Positions 1 through 13,099 of a stretch of DNA of 64,000 bases are shown here, piece after piece. This DNA is from Basidiobolus meristosporus CBS 931.73 (Eukaryota > Fungi > Basidiobolomycota): the NCBI GenBank assembly GCA_002104905.1, contig MCFE01000244.1, forward strand, positions 1 through 64,000. The letters are read 5' to 3'. The translations under genes were made by a program, and so were the position numbers. Each line of letters opens with the position of its first letter. Within the stretch, counting starts at the first letter, position 1. The notes under the pieces were generated by a model, which saw nothing but the letters and a program-made list of their open reading frames with translations, was not told where the DNA came from and did not search any database.

Positions 1-1810
1 AAGAAGGAAGAAGAAAATGCTTTAATAAGCAATGATAGCCAATAAAGGAGGTACCCAAGACCCTACAAAGGCAACAGCAACCTATTTTGCAGCCACTGCA
101 AAAGGAAAGGACACACATCAGACCGGTGTCTCAAAAAGAGAGATCATCAGCAAAAGAAGGCTGAATATGAAAATGCTGCAACAACTGAAGATAGACTATT
201 CATATCTGCACTAAATATGACCACAAACAAGGATTCTCAGACGTGCTATATTGACTCTGGGGCTTCTTAACACTTTACACACCAAAAAGAACTTTTAACC
301 CAATATCAAAAAATTCCAATTAAGAAGGTTTTCATGGGTGACAATAGAACACTTGATGCAGTGGGAGAAGGAACTATCGAAGTAAACCTTAGAAGCAGTG
401 AAGGAAGCCATACATTGACCTTTAAAGAAGTACTCTATGTACCAGAAATAGCCAAGAACCTACTCTCTGTAAGTAAGGCCACAGCAAAAGGACTCAGTTT
501 CAGTGTTGACAATTCTGGATGCAGGATCACTGATCAAAATGGTGCCCATATTGCTTTGGGTATCAGAGATCAGAACCTATACAAGTTGACTTATATTCCA
601 TCATATTTGGAAGCCAATATAAGTAACTTAAATGAAGAAACACCAATGCTTTGGCACAGGAGATTTGGGCACATCAATTTTGATTATTTGTGCAAAATGA
701 TCAAAGATCAGCTAATTTCTGGAGTAAAAATTGATCTCCCAGCTAATTTGGAGCACTGTGAAGCCTGCATATAAGGGAAACAAGCCAGACAATTGTTCAA
801 GAGCTCTGAATTAATCAAAACTAAGAAAAAATTAGATCTAATTCACTCAGATCTGTGTGGACCTATGCAAAATTTATCCTTAGGTGGGATGAAGTATTCA
901 ATCACTTTGATTGATGATTATACAAGATACACATGCGTCTACTTCATGGAGAGAAAGGAAGAAGCTCTGTCTAAGTTTAGGGAATTTAAAGCCAAGGTGG
1001 AGAGAGAAACTGGGGAAAAAAGCAAGAAAATACGCTCTGACAATGGTGGAGAACATACCTCAAAACTCTTCATCCACTTCTGCAAAATTCATGGGATAAA
1101 GCAAGAGACTAGTTTACCATACTCTCCACAGCAAAATGGAGTAGCAGAATGTGCTAACAGATCAATAATTGATATGGTAAGATCTATGATCCATGATCAA
1201 AAATTATCCTATGATTTTTGGGCGGAATCAATTGCCACAGCTGTATACCTTAAAAATAGGAGTTGTAACAGAATACTTCATGATTCTACTCCATTTGAAG
1301 CATGGTGTGGATACAGACCAATTGTAGAACATCCAAGAATATTTGGGTGTACAGCATATGCCAAAAAACTGGCCTGAAATCAGTCAAAATATGAGCTAAA
1401 AAGTGTACAATGCATATTTTTGGGCTACTGCAATGAGAGTAAGGCATACAGACTCTACAATACCAAAGCAAAGAAGCTGATCAAGTTCATGGATGTGTTG
1501 TTTGATGAATATTCAAAACTTTCACAAAAAATGACATCACATGATGATGAAAATTTGATCTCAAGTCCACCAATTGTCAGGATTGAATCAGAGCAAAACA
1601 ATGAAAATTTTTTCACTCCAGAGGACTCTACAACTGTGGTTCAGCCAGAATTGGTGCCTAGGAATATCCCAGAAGTGATCACTCTAGTATCAAATGCCCG
1701 GAGATCTAATTGGACAAGAAATAGCGCAAATTACTATATCAATGAGGGTACAAACTTAGCCTATGCCTATTCTGTCCATGTTGATGAGCTCCAGACTGTA
1801 AAAGAGTAAA
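1..1810 (+). mobile_element. Ty1/copia retrotransposon remnant (gag end, protease, GAG-pre-integrase, integrase core), decayed; RT absent
   Basis: Protease-like YIDSGAS*HF at ~248; ORFs 334-774 and 793-1377 carry copia motifs LWHRRFGH, DLIHSDLCGP, IDDYTR, IRSDNGGE, PYSPQQNGVAE; integrase precedes RT (copia order); stops and frameshifts present. Confidence 0.93.
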
Positions 1811-1844
1811 TTATATAATTAAAAGAGTAAAATTATATTATTCT

Positions 1845-3111
1845 GCTCTGATTCAATCCTGACAGTTGGCGGACTTGAGATCAGATTTTTATCATCATCT
1901 AATGTCATTTATTGTGAAAATTTTGAATTTTCATCAAATAGCAAATCCCTAGACTTGATCAGCTTCTTTGCTTTGGTATTTTAGAGTCTGAATGCCTTAC
2001 TCTCATTGCGGTAGCCCAAAAGTTGCATCTTAAACTATTTGGCTCAAATGTAGACTGATATCCAGGCAGTTTCTTGGCATATGCTGTACACCCAAATATT
2101 CTTATATGCTCTGCACTTGGTCTGTACCCATACCATGCTTCAAATGGAGTAGAATCATAAAGTATTCTGTTATAACTCCTACTCTTAAGGTACACAGCAG
2201 TGGTAACTGAATCCACCCAGAAATCATAGGATAATTTTTGATCATGGATCATAGATCTTACCATAACAGTTATTGATCATTTAGCACGTTCTACTACTTC
2301 ATTTTGCTGTTGGGAGTATGGCACAGTAGTCTCTTGCTTTATCCCATGAGTTTTGCAGAAGTGAATGAAGAGTTTTGAGGTATGTTCTCCATCATTGTCA
2401 AAGTGTACTTTCTTGATTTTTTCACCAGTTTCTCTCTCCACCATGGCTTTGAACTCCCTGAACTTAAATAGAGCTTCATCCTTTCCCTCCAGGAAGTAAA
2501 CCCATGTCTATCTTGTATAATCATCAATAAAAGTGATCAAATACTTCATCCCACCTGAGGATAAATCTTGCATAGGTCCACACAGATCTAAGTGAATTAG
2601 ATCTAGTTTTTTCTTAGTTTTGATTAATTCAGAGCTATTGAACGCTTGTCTGGCTTGTTTCCCATATATGCAGGCTTCATAGTGCTCTAAACTTGCTGGG
2701 GGATCAAGTTTTACTCCGGAAATTAGCTGATCTTTGATCATTTTGCACAAATAATCCAAATTGATGTGCCCAAATCTCCTGTGCCAAAGCATTGGTGTTT
2801 CTTCACTTAAGTTACTTATATAGGCTTCCAAATATGATGGAATATAGATCAACTTGTATAAATTTTGATCTCTGATACCCAAAGCAATATGGGCATCATT
2901 TTGATCCGTGATCCTGCATCCAGAATTGGCATCCAGAATTGTCACAGCTGAAGCTGAGTCCTTCTACTGTGGCCTTGCTTACAGATAGTAGTTTCTTGGC
3001 TATTTCTGGTATATAGAGTACTTCTTCAAAGGTTGGTGAATGTCTTCCTTCACTGCTTCTGATGTTTACTTTGATAGTTCCTTCTCCCACTGCATCATGT
3101 GCTCTGTCATC
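1845..3111 (-). mobile_element. Second Ty1/copia remnant of the same family, inverted relative to the first
   Basis: Minus-strand ORFs 2896-3090, 2508-2945 and 1959-2264 repeat the same protease/integrase peptides (MVRSMIHDQKLSYDFW, LWHRRFGHIN). Confidence 0.92.
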
Positions 3112-3460
3112 TGTTGTAACAGTGTTGGAGATATTGGAAGTGACTGAGAGGACAAGTAGATTATGTAGTTTTCACTTGATTATTTATTGAATGTAAAGTT
3201 AGTATTTATACTTTTACATGGTCTTGGCATTGCAAACCTGTAGAATAGGTTAAGGAAGGTCTCAAGCACATGTGTACAAAGTTTGGGGCTGTTTGGACTA
3301 CTTTGAGAGCTTTCATGTTCTAGGTACCAGGTATTTTGGTGAAAATATTCCAAGTAAATCCCAACAAGGAATTAGGTCAGTATTCTCTAGGATTTTAAGG
3401 TAATGATCCAAGTGACTAAGTTAGGTGAATTTTGAAGTGGAATTACAGATTTTCACAACA
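3112..3460. repeat. Solo LTR, family A (349 bp, TGTTGTAA...CACAACA)
   Basis: TG...CA inverted termini; homologous to the reverse complement of 6460-6809 and to 49056-49403; no clear TSD. Confidence 0.7.
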
Positions 3461-3917
3461 CTGTTGTAGCCTACATCTACTTTAGTGGACCCAATCAGCC
3501 ACTATGTCTAATTGAGATATATGGAGTAAAACATGACAGTATTTTGCTGTTCTTGATGCAGACATCAGTTGTTGTCATAACTGCAGTACAGCAGCCAACA
3601 GCTGGTGCTGTATAATGCTACCATACCAGTTTACCAAATAGTATTCCCTTTTGCTACCACCTCTTGTGCCATTCAAACTTTGTATAATAGAATTGCCCCA
3701 GTGTATTTGCTTACCCTCTACTGTTGTGGGTCATCCACATATAGTTCAAATTAAAAAAACTATGGCCCCCTGTTTATTAACCTCTACGTATGTGCACATC
3801 TGCTGTAATTGACACACTTTGATCATCACAACTTTATGGCTTTGCAGTGTGATACTTAAAAAGTGGCCATATACCTTGTACTGCTGGTAACATATACATC
3901 CTAGTAACATAGGCTTG

Positions 3918-6371
3918 CCCTACAAAAAATTATTGTGATGATCCTGTCAAAATACTACCACAAACTCCAAGTCCCATGACTAAGAGGTATTGATCTCATA
4001 AGGACACCATACAAGGACTGTCAAAAAATAATCTCACCCCTGATATCATAAAGAACTTAGTCAAAAATTTTCATCACAACAATACAGAAGTGCCTTTTAA
4101 TAGGTTCACTGCCAATTTTCTCACTTTTTGATTTGGGACACTCTATCACCTCCTACATTTGGGTGCATTGATTGGCTCTTGCCTCTTTTTCACACTCCTT
4201 ATTACCTGACTCACTGTTTCTCTTACTTTTCATGCATACAAATTGATTTATTTGCATTGAAAGTTCAGTTGTACCTCAATTGCCAATTGTGGTAACCAAA
4301 GAAGTCCCTATACCGTACACTAACATTAAGCCTGACCCCACTTTCAGCAAGCAACTCCATTCAAATCCACCACTCAACAAGTAGTTCTGGTAATACACTG
4401 TCTAAAGAAGCTTATGAAGTCTAACAAGTACTGTGAAGCTATAAAGTAGCACACTCAGTATCAATCATGTGCAAACATATCAGATATATTCAATTGCAAA
4501 CATCACAAACAGTTAAGAAGCAAGGGCAGCTTTAAAGGTATGTATGACCATGTCTTTGCCTTGACACTTGATAGATTCTCACTAAACAAGTGCTACACTA
4601 GCAAATCCTACTGGCCACTGATTCTCATCAATCTGAATCTGCCACCCATCTTATAATATCAGAGCAATAATCTGATGGTAGTCTCACTGGTATATGGGCC
4701 TAAATCCCCTCCAACCTGGATAGTTACCTGTATTCATTGCTGGATGAATTTTGTATGCTTTCCAGCTGGAAATCAGTAAATGGCTGTCATGTCATAGCTG
4801 ATATTATTATATACATTGGAGTTACCACAGCCATCAGCAAGAGAGCCAGCTTTTATGGGCACAATGGATGGTATTACAGTCAAATGTGTGAGATCCAGGG
4901 GACTTATCCCATAACTCACACACAATATTATTACCCAAACACCAACACTAAGTACATCATCTTTTTGCCAAGAAAACATACAGAAGTCAGCATGCAATTG
5001 CAGCAAAGTTGGCAAGCTATAAGCCATTAGCTGGAATATGGAATTAACTGCAAACTGGCAATACTTAAGATAGAAGGTATGTGTAGGAGCAAAAGCTTTC
5101 CACTGGGAGCAATGCACTTGCTTTTCAACAGTATCCCTATACTGATGACCAAGTTGTACATGGGGCATCTCAAGCTAAATGAGACCTTTGAGATACCTGA
5201 GAAACTGGAAAGAATTGGCAAGATATTACAGAGTATCTGCAGCCCTAAGTACTTCTCATGGGCCCCTATCAACATTCATATGCATTTAACAATACAAGTG
5301 CAAGAACTGGATGAACTGGATATGTATTTATTCAAGTGGCCTTCTGAAGCCATATCTACCAAGAGTTCATTGGAAGCAATGGGAGTCAAATGCAGACAAT
5401 GTAGGAATAGTTATCCAGAAATGGATCACCAATGCCAGCTTGATGCACCTACACTTAGGTACAACAAGCAACTAATTTTTATTAGGAAAACCCTACTAAG
5501 GTATGCCAGATTTCTCTTGGTCACAAGCCAATATTTACATCATTCAATAAAGAGTTCACAAAAACAAGAGCCAGAGCACACCTAATAGGAGGACTAGAAT
5601 CCATCTAGGAGAGGGAACAGATTGGCTAAATACCCAAAAGTTCCTTACAGATATTCAGTAGGTATTCATGACAGAAGTGGCAGCAACCAAGCATATGTTT
5701 GCAAGATGTAAATCTTGCCAGCAATACAAGGTATAGGGCTGCTTTGCAGGTGTCACACTAAAAAGCTGTAAAGTTGATGTGATAGAAGTATGTTGCTTGT
5801 GGCAGGTGTGCGCATTTGTAGAAGCTAGTAAGCAGGAGGCCATAGTATTTTTTGGTTCAAACTATATGTGGAATACCCAATGTAGTAGGAGGGAAGCAAA
5901 TAAAGTTGAGTAATTCTATAGTGGAATATATGAATTGCACTAGGGGAGGTAGAAAAAGAAAATACCATTTGGTAAATTGGTACAGTAGCATTATATAGAA
6001 CTAGCTGTGGCCTGCCATACTGTTATAATAATGCCATGAGAGGCCTGCAATGAGGTTGACAAAACACCATTGAGTTTTTTGCCATATATGGCAATTGGAT
6101 GTACTGGCTGGTTAGATACACTCAGATAGTTATAGTGTGCACTAAGACTGCAACAATGCCATGCCACCCTTGGAAAAATACTGTACAAACACAAATATGT
6201 TTCTTTAACTTTATTGGGCTGTAAATTCACCAAAAGCCATTGTGATCCCATAATAATATTGTGTAGATAGTCATTAATTCCAAACTGCTGATATTATTGC
6301 GGTCTTGTAATGGGATCTTGACAGCTGATCTGGATGAGATCTACCTGCAGGCCAATCTATTGTTCAAAGGG
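3918..6371 (+). mobile_element. Internally deleted CACTA-related (TRC-type) transposon with both termini; decayed Tnp2/Transposase_21-like transposase core
   Basis: Starts CCCTACAAAAA (end A) and ends TTGTTCAAAGGG (end B). Translation near 4620-5300 gives ILINLNLPP..NLMVVSLVYGP..LDSYL..LLDEF, FYGHNGWYY..CEIQG and LGAMHLLFN, matching CACTA/EnSpm transposase motifs (LNLPP, GHNG..C, DxMH). Confidence 0.8.
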
Positions 6372-6459
6372 CTGGGTAGCCACCATTCTTGCCACAAATA
6401 CCTCTTGAATATCAACTATTTGGAGCTTGGCAAGTATATTCCTTCTGCCTGCTGGATTC

Positions 6460-6809
6460 TGTTGTAAAAGTTTGTTATTCAGCCTAAATATTCTTATAAC
6501 TTTGTCATTTAGATCATTACCTTCAAATCCTAGAGAATATTGACCAAATTCCTTGTCAAGATTTACTAGCAATATTTTCACCAAAATAACAGGTACCCAG
6601 AACATAAAAATTCTCAAAGTTGTCCAAACAGCCCCAAACTTTGCACACATGTTCTTGAGATCTTTCTTAACCTACTCTATGTGTTTTTTATGCCATGATC
6701 ATGTAAAATTATAAATACTACTTTTTCATTCAATAAATTGTTGAGTGAAAGCCACACAATCTACTTGTCCTCCCAAATCACTTCCAATATCTCAAAGACT
6801 CTTACAACA
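6460..6809. repeat. Solo LTR, family A, with perfect 5-bp TSD
   Basis: TGTTGTAA...TTACAACA 8-bp inverted termini; GATTC at both 6455-6459 and 6810-6814. Confidence 0.92.
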
Positions 6810-7123
6810 GATTCTAGTCCCCCATATTGGTATGCTCTGGCTCTTGTTTGTATGTATTCTGTACTCAATGGTGTAGAAATTGGCTTCTCCCTAGGAGAAA
6901 CCTGGCATACTGTGGCAAAGTTGTCCTAATACAAATTAGGAGCTTGTTACATCAAGCTCAACCTTGTATTAATTAACTGATTACCCATGCATTGGGGCTG
7001 TTTAGCTTCTTAATGCCAAAGGCATAGGTGTCTCCATGTCCACATCTGTCCCTAGCATTTTCCAATACTTCCTGGCTATCCTTCATATGTACCTTATTAC
7101 ATCCATGACAGACTTAAGGTAAT

Positions 7124-8612
7124 CCCTATAAGAAATAATTTAGTCTCATAGGTGGATCTGATGAAGATTGTCAATTAGGATTCCGCAATGAGTCCATCAC
7201 AGTATGACAGCTTGGAATTATTGACCCTCCACACAATCTTGTAACAGTTTTGTGATGGTATTTTACTGGTTATACTGCCAAATAAACATATAGCTCAAAT
7301 AAAAAAAACTATGTCCTCCTGCTTACTTACCTCTACATACATGCACACCTGCTACAATTGACACATTTCTATCACCTCAACTTTAGTGCTTTTTAGTGTG
7401 ATACTTGCAAAGTTGCCATATATCTTACATTGCTGGTAACATATTCATCTTTCAGATGTATGCTTGCCCTGTGAAAAGCAATTTAGTCCTGTGGGTGGAT
7501 CCAATTCAGATCAGCTGTCACCATCCTGTTAGGACACTGCTAAAATACCAGCAGCTTGGAATCAATGACCATCTACACAATCTTCTGGTTGGAATACAAT
7601 GGCATTTGGGTAACTTTACAGTCAAACAAATTTAAAAACATAACAGTGCTTGTGTGGTGTTTTGTCAAGGGTGGCATGGCGGTGTTACAGTCTTAGTGTG
7701 CTCTACAGCTATTTGAGTGGATCTAACCAGCCGGTACATCCAATTGCCCTATTTAGCAAAAAACTCAATGGTGTTTTGATGACCTCATAGCAAGCCTCTG
7801 GTGGCATTATCAGGGCAGTATGGCAGCCTACAACTAGTTTGGTACAATGCTACAGTAAATATTTACCAAATGGTAATTCCTTTTGCCATCACCCCTTGTG
7901 CCATTCAAATATTTTATTGTGGAAACACCCCAATATAGTTGCTTACTCACTGCTGCTATGGATATTGCACATATAGCTCAGAACTCACTTAAATATTGCA
8001 AGGACTTATTACAAAGACTGGCAGATGAGGAGCTAGACCCTGCAGTGCCAGCTTAAGACTACGACATATGGGAATCAGTAAATGAACAGTGGCATAAAGC
8101 CATATGGTTCCCACCAAAGTCATGGAAACAGAGCATTACAGTAGAAATGCTTATTGATTGATGGCTTATAATGGAGCTACTTGCTGAGTGTGTGGTTGGG
8201 CTTATTGTTAGTGTAGGGCATTGGGACATATATAGGTCAATTCAATTGTCAATGGAGGTACAACTGAAGTTTCAATGGAAATATGTCAATAGGTATGCAT
8301 GAAAATAAGAGAAACAGTTAAGTTAGGTAGTAAGGAGTGTGAAAAAGAGGCATAACCACTCAATGCACATCAATTTATGAGGTGATAGAATGCCCAGGAT
8401 CAAAAAGTGAGAAAATTGGCTGAGAACCAATCAAAAGCCACTTTTGTGCTGATGTGATGAAAATTTTGACTAAGTTTTTTGTGATATCTGGAATGCTCTT
8501 ATTTTTTAATGGTCTTTGCATGGTGTCCTGATGGAATCAATACCTCTTAATCACAGGATCTAGAATCTGTGATGACCTTTTGATGAGATCATCACAATTT
8601 TTTCTCACAGGG
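7124..8612. mobile_element. Stacked TRC-type fragments: end B at 7124, end B at 7467, end A at 8612
   Basis: CCCTATAAGAAATAATTTAGTC (7124), CCCTGTGAAAAGCAATTTAGTCC (7467) and ...ATTTTTTCTCACAGGG (8612); interiors match other family copies. Confidence 0.75.
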
Positions 8613-9930
8613 ACCATATTCAGCAAGATCAACTTCATGGATACAACCAGATTAGGGTAAAGCCAGAAGATGTCCCCAAGAAAGCATTCAAGACCAGATA
8701 TAGACATTACAAGTACTTAGTCATCAGTTTTGGCCTTACTGATGCCCCTGCAACATTTGTGACTGTGATGTAAAACATCTTCCAGGAGTACCTAGACATG
8801 TTTCTGGTAATCTGCCCAGATGACATATTGATGCACAGCAAGAAAGAAGAGGATTACTTGGTGCACATTGAGAAGGACATGAAGAAACTCAGAGAAAACA
8901 AGCTATGCAGCAGGCCAGCAAAGTGTGAATACTTCAAGGAACACACATATCTAGGACACATGGAGATTGGCACAGGAGTGACCTTGGACCCCAAGAAAGT
9001 GGAAGTAGTTAAGAATTGAAAGCAGCCCGACAGCATTTCAGAGCTCAAATCATTTCTTGGAATGGTTTGCTATTATTGGAGACTTGCCAAGTCCTTGGCA
9101 AGTATTGCAGCCCCTTTGAATGATATCCTCAGGAAATACAACACCTTAAAGTGGGATGTAGCCTGTGAGACTGCATTTTAGACACTCAAGAATAAACCTG
9201 CCAAGCTGCCAAGCTTGAGAATACCCAACCTTGGAGAAGAATTAACTCACTGCACAGACACTTTGGATTATGCAATTAGTGGAGTACTAAGCCAAGCACA
9301 TGAGGGAAAGGAATACTCAGTTGCTTTTAAACTTAAAAAACTAAATTAGTGGAACAATACTATCCAGGGCATGAGAAGGAGATGCATGCCATAATACAAT
9401 GCCTAAAGACATTGAGATGCTATATTGAAAGATTCAAGTGCACTGTAAAGACTGTTTGTGCCTAAACTCAAGTATGTATTTAATGAGAATGTACCAATCA
9501 GAAAAGTGACAAAATGGAGTAAATACATTTGATAACTTGACTTGAAGATTGTCTACAGCCCTGGAATAAGTAACATATTGGCTGACATCTTATCAGGACT
9601 AGAACAAGCTGCACTACTCAGCCTGGTGCATGAGTCAGATTGGCCCAACATATCAACAAAGTACTTGGAGGACCAAGCCATTGCTACTGAGGAGGATGAA
9701 GATATCAAGAAGATTATCCAGGATGAAGCTAGCAAATTTGTAGTATAGGATGAAACACTCTACTGAATTGTCAATGGATGCCCTCATTCCTATTGCCCCT
9801 ATGTCACTTGTCTGGATTTAGTATAGAAGCTACACAATGGATACAGACACCTCTTAATCAAACAAACCTATAGCCTTGAAAATCTTGTGCATGGTGACCC
9901 AGAATGAAACAAGAAATTGAGAAACTAGTG
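8613..9930 (+). mobile_element. Ty3/gypsy family B remnant (RT, RNase H, start of integrase), decayed
   Basis: Degenerate FSKI..GYNQIRVKPEDVPK.AFKTRY..FGLTDAPATF, FLVICPDDIL, KKLRENKL..KCEYF..YLGH; homologous to 19010-21010. Confidence 0.85.
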
Positions 9931-11613
9931 CAGAAGGTCAGCATGCAATTGCCCTGAAGTTGGCAAGCTATAAGCCATTGGCTGGTATATGGAGCTAGTC
10001 TGAAACAGGAGATACTTAAGATAGAGGGTATCTAATGGAGCAAAATCTTGCCACTGCAAGCCATTTATTTGCTTTTCAACAATATCCCTATACCAACAAC
10101 CTAGTTGTACATGGGACATTTCAAGCTAAATAAGCCCTTTAGATATGTGAGAAATCTGAAAGAATTGGCAAGATATTACAGAGTATCTCCTGCCCTAGGT
10201 ACTTCTCATGGGCCTCAATCAACATTCATATGCATATGCAACAATACAAGTGCAAGTACTGGATGAGCTGGATATATATTTATTAAAGTGGCCTAGTGAA
10301 GACATTTCTACCAAGAGAACATTGGAAACATTGGAAACATTGGAAGTCATATGTGGAAAATGTAGGAGTACTTATCCAGTAGCAGATCACAAATGCCAAC
10401 ATGACACATCTACAGCTATTGTGCAAGGTGTTTGTGATGGGATTTGAGTGGCTATACTACAAACATAGAGCTAACCATGTAAATCACTGCCACTACTGTA
10501 TCCATTCTGTACTCCATCTTGCTTTGTGTGCTCAGAATATTGGACCTTGCTTCACCTTTTGGGAGTTTCCTATGGAGCTAATGTGTGGGGAGATAGGAAG
10601 ACAAGTCAATTTACAGGTACTACCATATCCCAATCTCATCAAGAATATTACCTCCAAGTATGTCATGGATGTGATGAGTTGGCACATGGAGGACAGCCAG
10701 GAAGAGTTAGAAAATGCTGAGGACAGATGTGTGCATAGAGACACCTATGCATATTGCATTAAGACGCTAAGCAGCCCCAATGTGTGGGTAATCAGCTAAG
10801 TAGTGCAAAGTTGTGTTTGGTGTAATAAGCAACTGATTTTACAGTCCAACAGAGAGAAGGAATATATTGGCTAAATACCAAAAAGCTCTTTGCAAATATT
10901 CTGCAGGTATTCATAGCAGAGGTGGCAGGAACCAGGCATATGTTTGCAAGATGTATATGTTATAAGCAACAAAAGGTATATGGCAACTTTGCAAGTACAA
11001 CACTAAGAAGTCAGAAAGTTGAGGTGATAGATGTATGTCAGTTGTGGTAGGTGTGTGCATTTGTAGAGGTTGGCAAGCAGAAGGCCATAGTATAATCTGG
11101 TTCAAACTATATATGGAATACCCAAGGAGGTAGTGGGCAAGCAAATAAAGTGGGGTGATTCTACAGAAGAATATATGAATTGTGTAAGGGGAGGTAGAAA
11201 AAGAAAATACCGTTTGGTATATTGGTATGTTAGTATTATATAGAACTAGCTGTAGGCCACCATATTGCTGTGATAATGCCATGAGAGGCTGGCAATGAGG
11301 CTGCCAAAACACCATCAAGTTTCTGGTCATGAAAGGCAATTGGATCTACTGGATGGTTAGATCCACTCAAATGACTGTAAGTTGCACTGAGACTGCAAAA
11401 ATGTCACAGCACCCTTGGCAAAATACCATTCATTCACCATTATATTTTACTTTATCTGGCTGTAAAGTTAGCCAAACACTGTTATAATCCTGTCATAGGA
11501 TTATGTATATAGTCCTTAATTCTAAGCTGCTGCTACTATTGCAGTCTCCTGATGGGACCATGACAGCTGATCCAGATTGGATCCTCCTGTAGGACCAAAT
11601 TATTTACATAAGG
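9930..11613 (+). mobile_element. TRC-type transposase 3' half through end B
   Basis: Homologous to 5000-6371; terminates ...CCAAATTATTTACATAAGG at 11613; start approximate. Confidence 0.75.
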
Positions 11614-11645
11614 TATCCTAGATAACAATGCAATATCTAGGATGC

Positions 11646-12020
11646 TGTTACAAGTCTGATACTAGAATTGCCAAAATATAAGGAGTTTAGCCATTATTGT
11701 ATTCACAAAAACTTGAACTCATCTTTGTTGAGGTTTCAGCTGCTTCTGATATACATTTTGCCAGATCAGGTACTTATTGATTGCATTTCCTAATATATGT
11801 TGTGGCTGGTGACTCACTAATAATTTGATCATCGCCTAATTAGATCTTACCTAATATATCTATATCTGTCTGCTAAGGATCTTCTGATTCATCTGCTGCT
11901 GATACCACTGATGTGATAGATAACACTCATATACTGATAGGCTGAGCATAAAACTAACAGATGTGACTAAAAGTGATCTTACTTAAGCATTTAAGCTGCA
12001 GATCAAAACACTGTAAAGAA
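11646..12020. repeat. LTR-like repeat, family B (copy 1)
   Basis: Begins TGTTACAAGTC and aligns over ~370 bp with 18576-18950; right boundary uncertain. Confidence 0.55.
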
Positions 12021-12049
12021 GGTACTCAAGTAGGTTAATATTAAAGCCC

Positions 12050-12990
12050 ACAATTGAGCTACTCACTAATGTAGCATCAGAGGAACATTGTATGGTCTTT
12101 GAAGTACAATAGGAATGCCTATAGATAGAGTGCACACATAAACCTAGTACAGCATGGGAGGAAGAAACTGTGATCACTATATCCAAGCCTAAAAAGCAAA
12201 AGGCATTCAGACTTGTAAAGCCATTGAGTGCAATGATGATGAATAGGCTAATAGTCAAGAGACTGCTCAAAGTTGAGCATGTTGTCACCTTATGGTTAGC
12301 ATACCATGAGACCTTCAGGAACTCTAGGCCAAGCAAAACAAGTTCGATCTGTTCCATGATTATCCTGGACTCAAGCAACCAAAGTGGTTTGAAAATCAAT
12401 GGGCACCCCAAGAAGTTGCAGTACTGCATCAGGAGCAGTGAGCATCAAAATGCACTCAACTATTGCAAGGACTTATTGCAAAGACTGACAGATGAAATAC
12501 TGACTTTGCAGTGCTAGTGGAAGACCAGGATGTAGGACTAATAGTGAACGTACAGCAGCTTTAAGCTATAGGGTTCCTGCAAAGTCATGCAACAAGGGTG
12601 TTGTAACAGAAATACTTATTGAATTGGGGTTTAATGGAGTTAATTACTGAGTGTTAGGCTAAGCTAAATGTTAGTGCCAGGTGTAGGGACTCTTACATTT
12701 CAACACAACTTGCCAATGCCTTAAACCTGGACTTTTAACAGAAATACATCAGTTTTTATACATGGGTGGTAAGAGGATTAGTTGAGGCAGGAAGTAAGGA
12801 GTATTGAAAAGCAGCAATAGCCTGTTAATGTGCACAAACATAGGTGGTGATTGAGTGCACAGGATCAGAAAGCAAAAGAATTGGCAAAGAATCAATCAAT
12901 AGCCACTTAGGTATTATTCTGGAGAAATTATATGACCAAGTTATATGTAAGATTAGTAGTGCCTTTTTTAACATACTTTGCATATATCTG
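12050..12990 (+). mobile_element. TRC-type accessory-gene fragment plus end-A subterminal sequence, highly decayed
   Basis: Similarity to 41080-41250 and 42200-42780; boundaries approximate. Confidence 0.6.
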
Positions 12991-13099
12991 ACAGAATAAA
13001 GACCTCTTAGTAGCAGGATTCAACCTGTGACAGCTTATTGACAATATTGTTGCAATAACTTTGCATAGTGAAGCTCTCTGTAAGCTCAGGAAGATGAAA

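Larger units (their letters stand above)
3461..7123 (-). mobile_element. CACTA-related (TRC-type) transposon host fragment, 3' transposase region, interrupted by a nested copy (3918-6371) and a solo LTR (6460-6809)
   Basis: 3461-3917 and 6372-7123 are reverse-complement homologues of the transposase 3' region (e.g. 5680-6000, 10620-10960) and rejoin across the nested insert. Confidence 0.7.
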
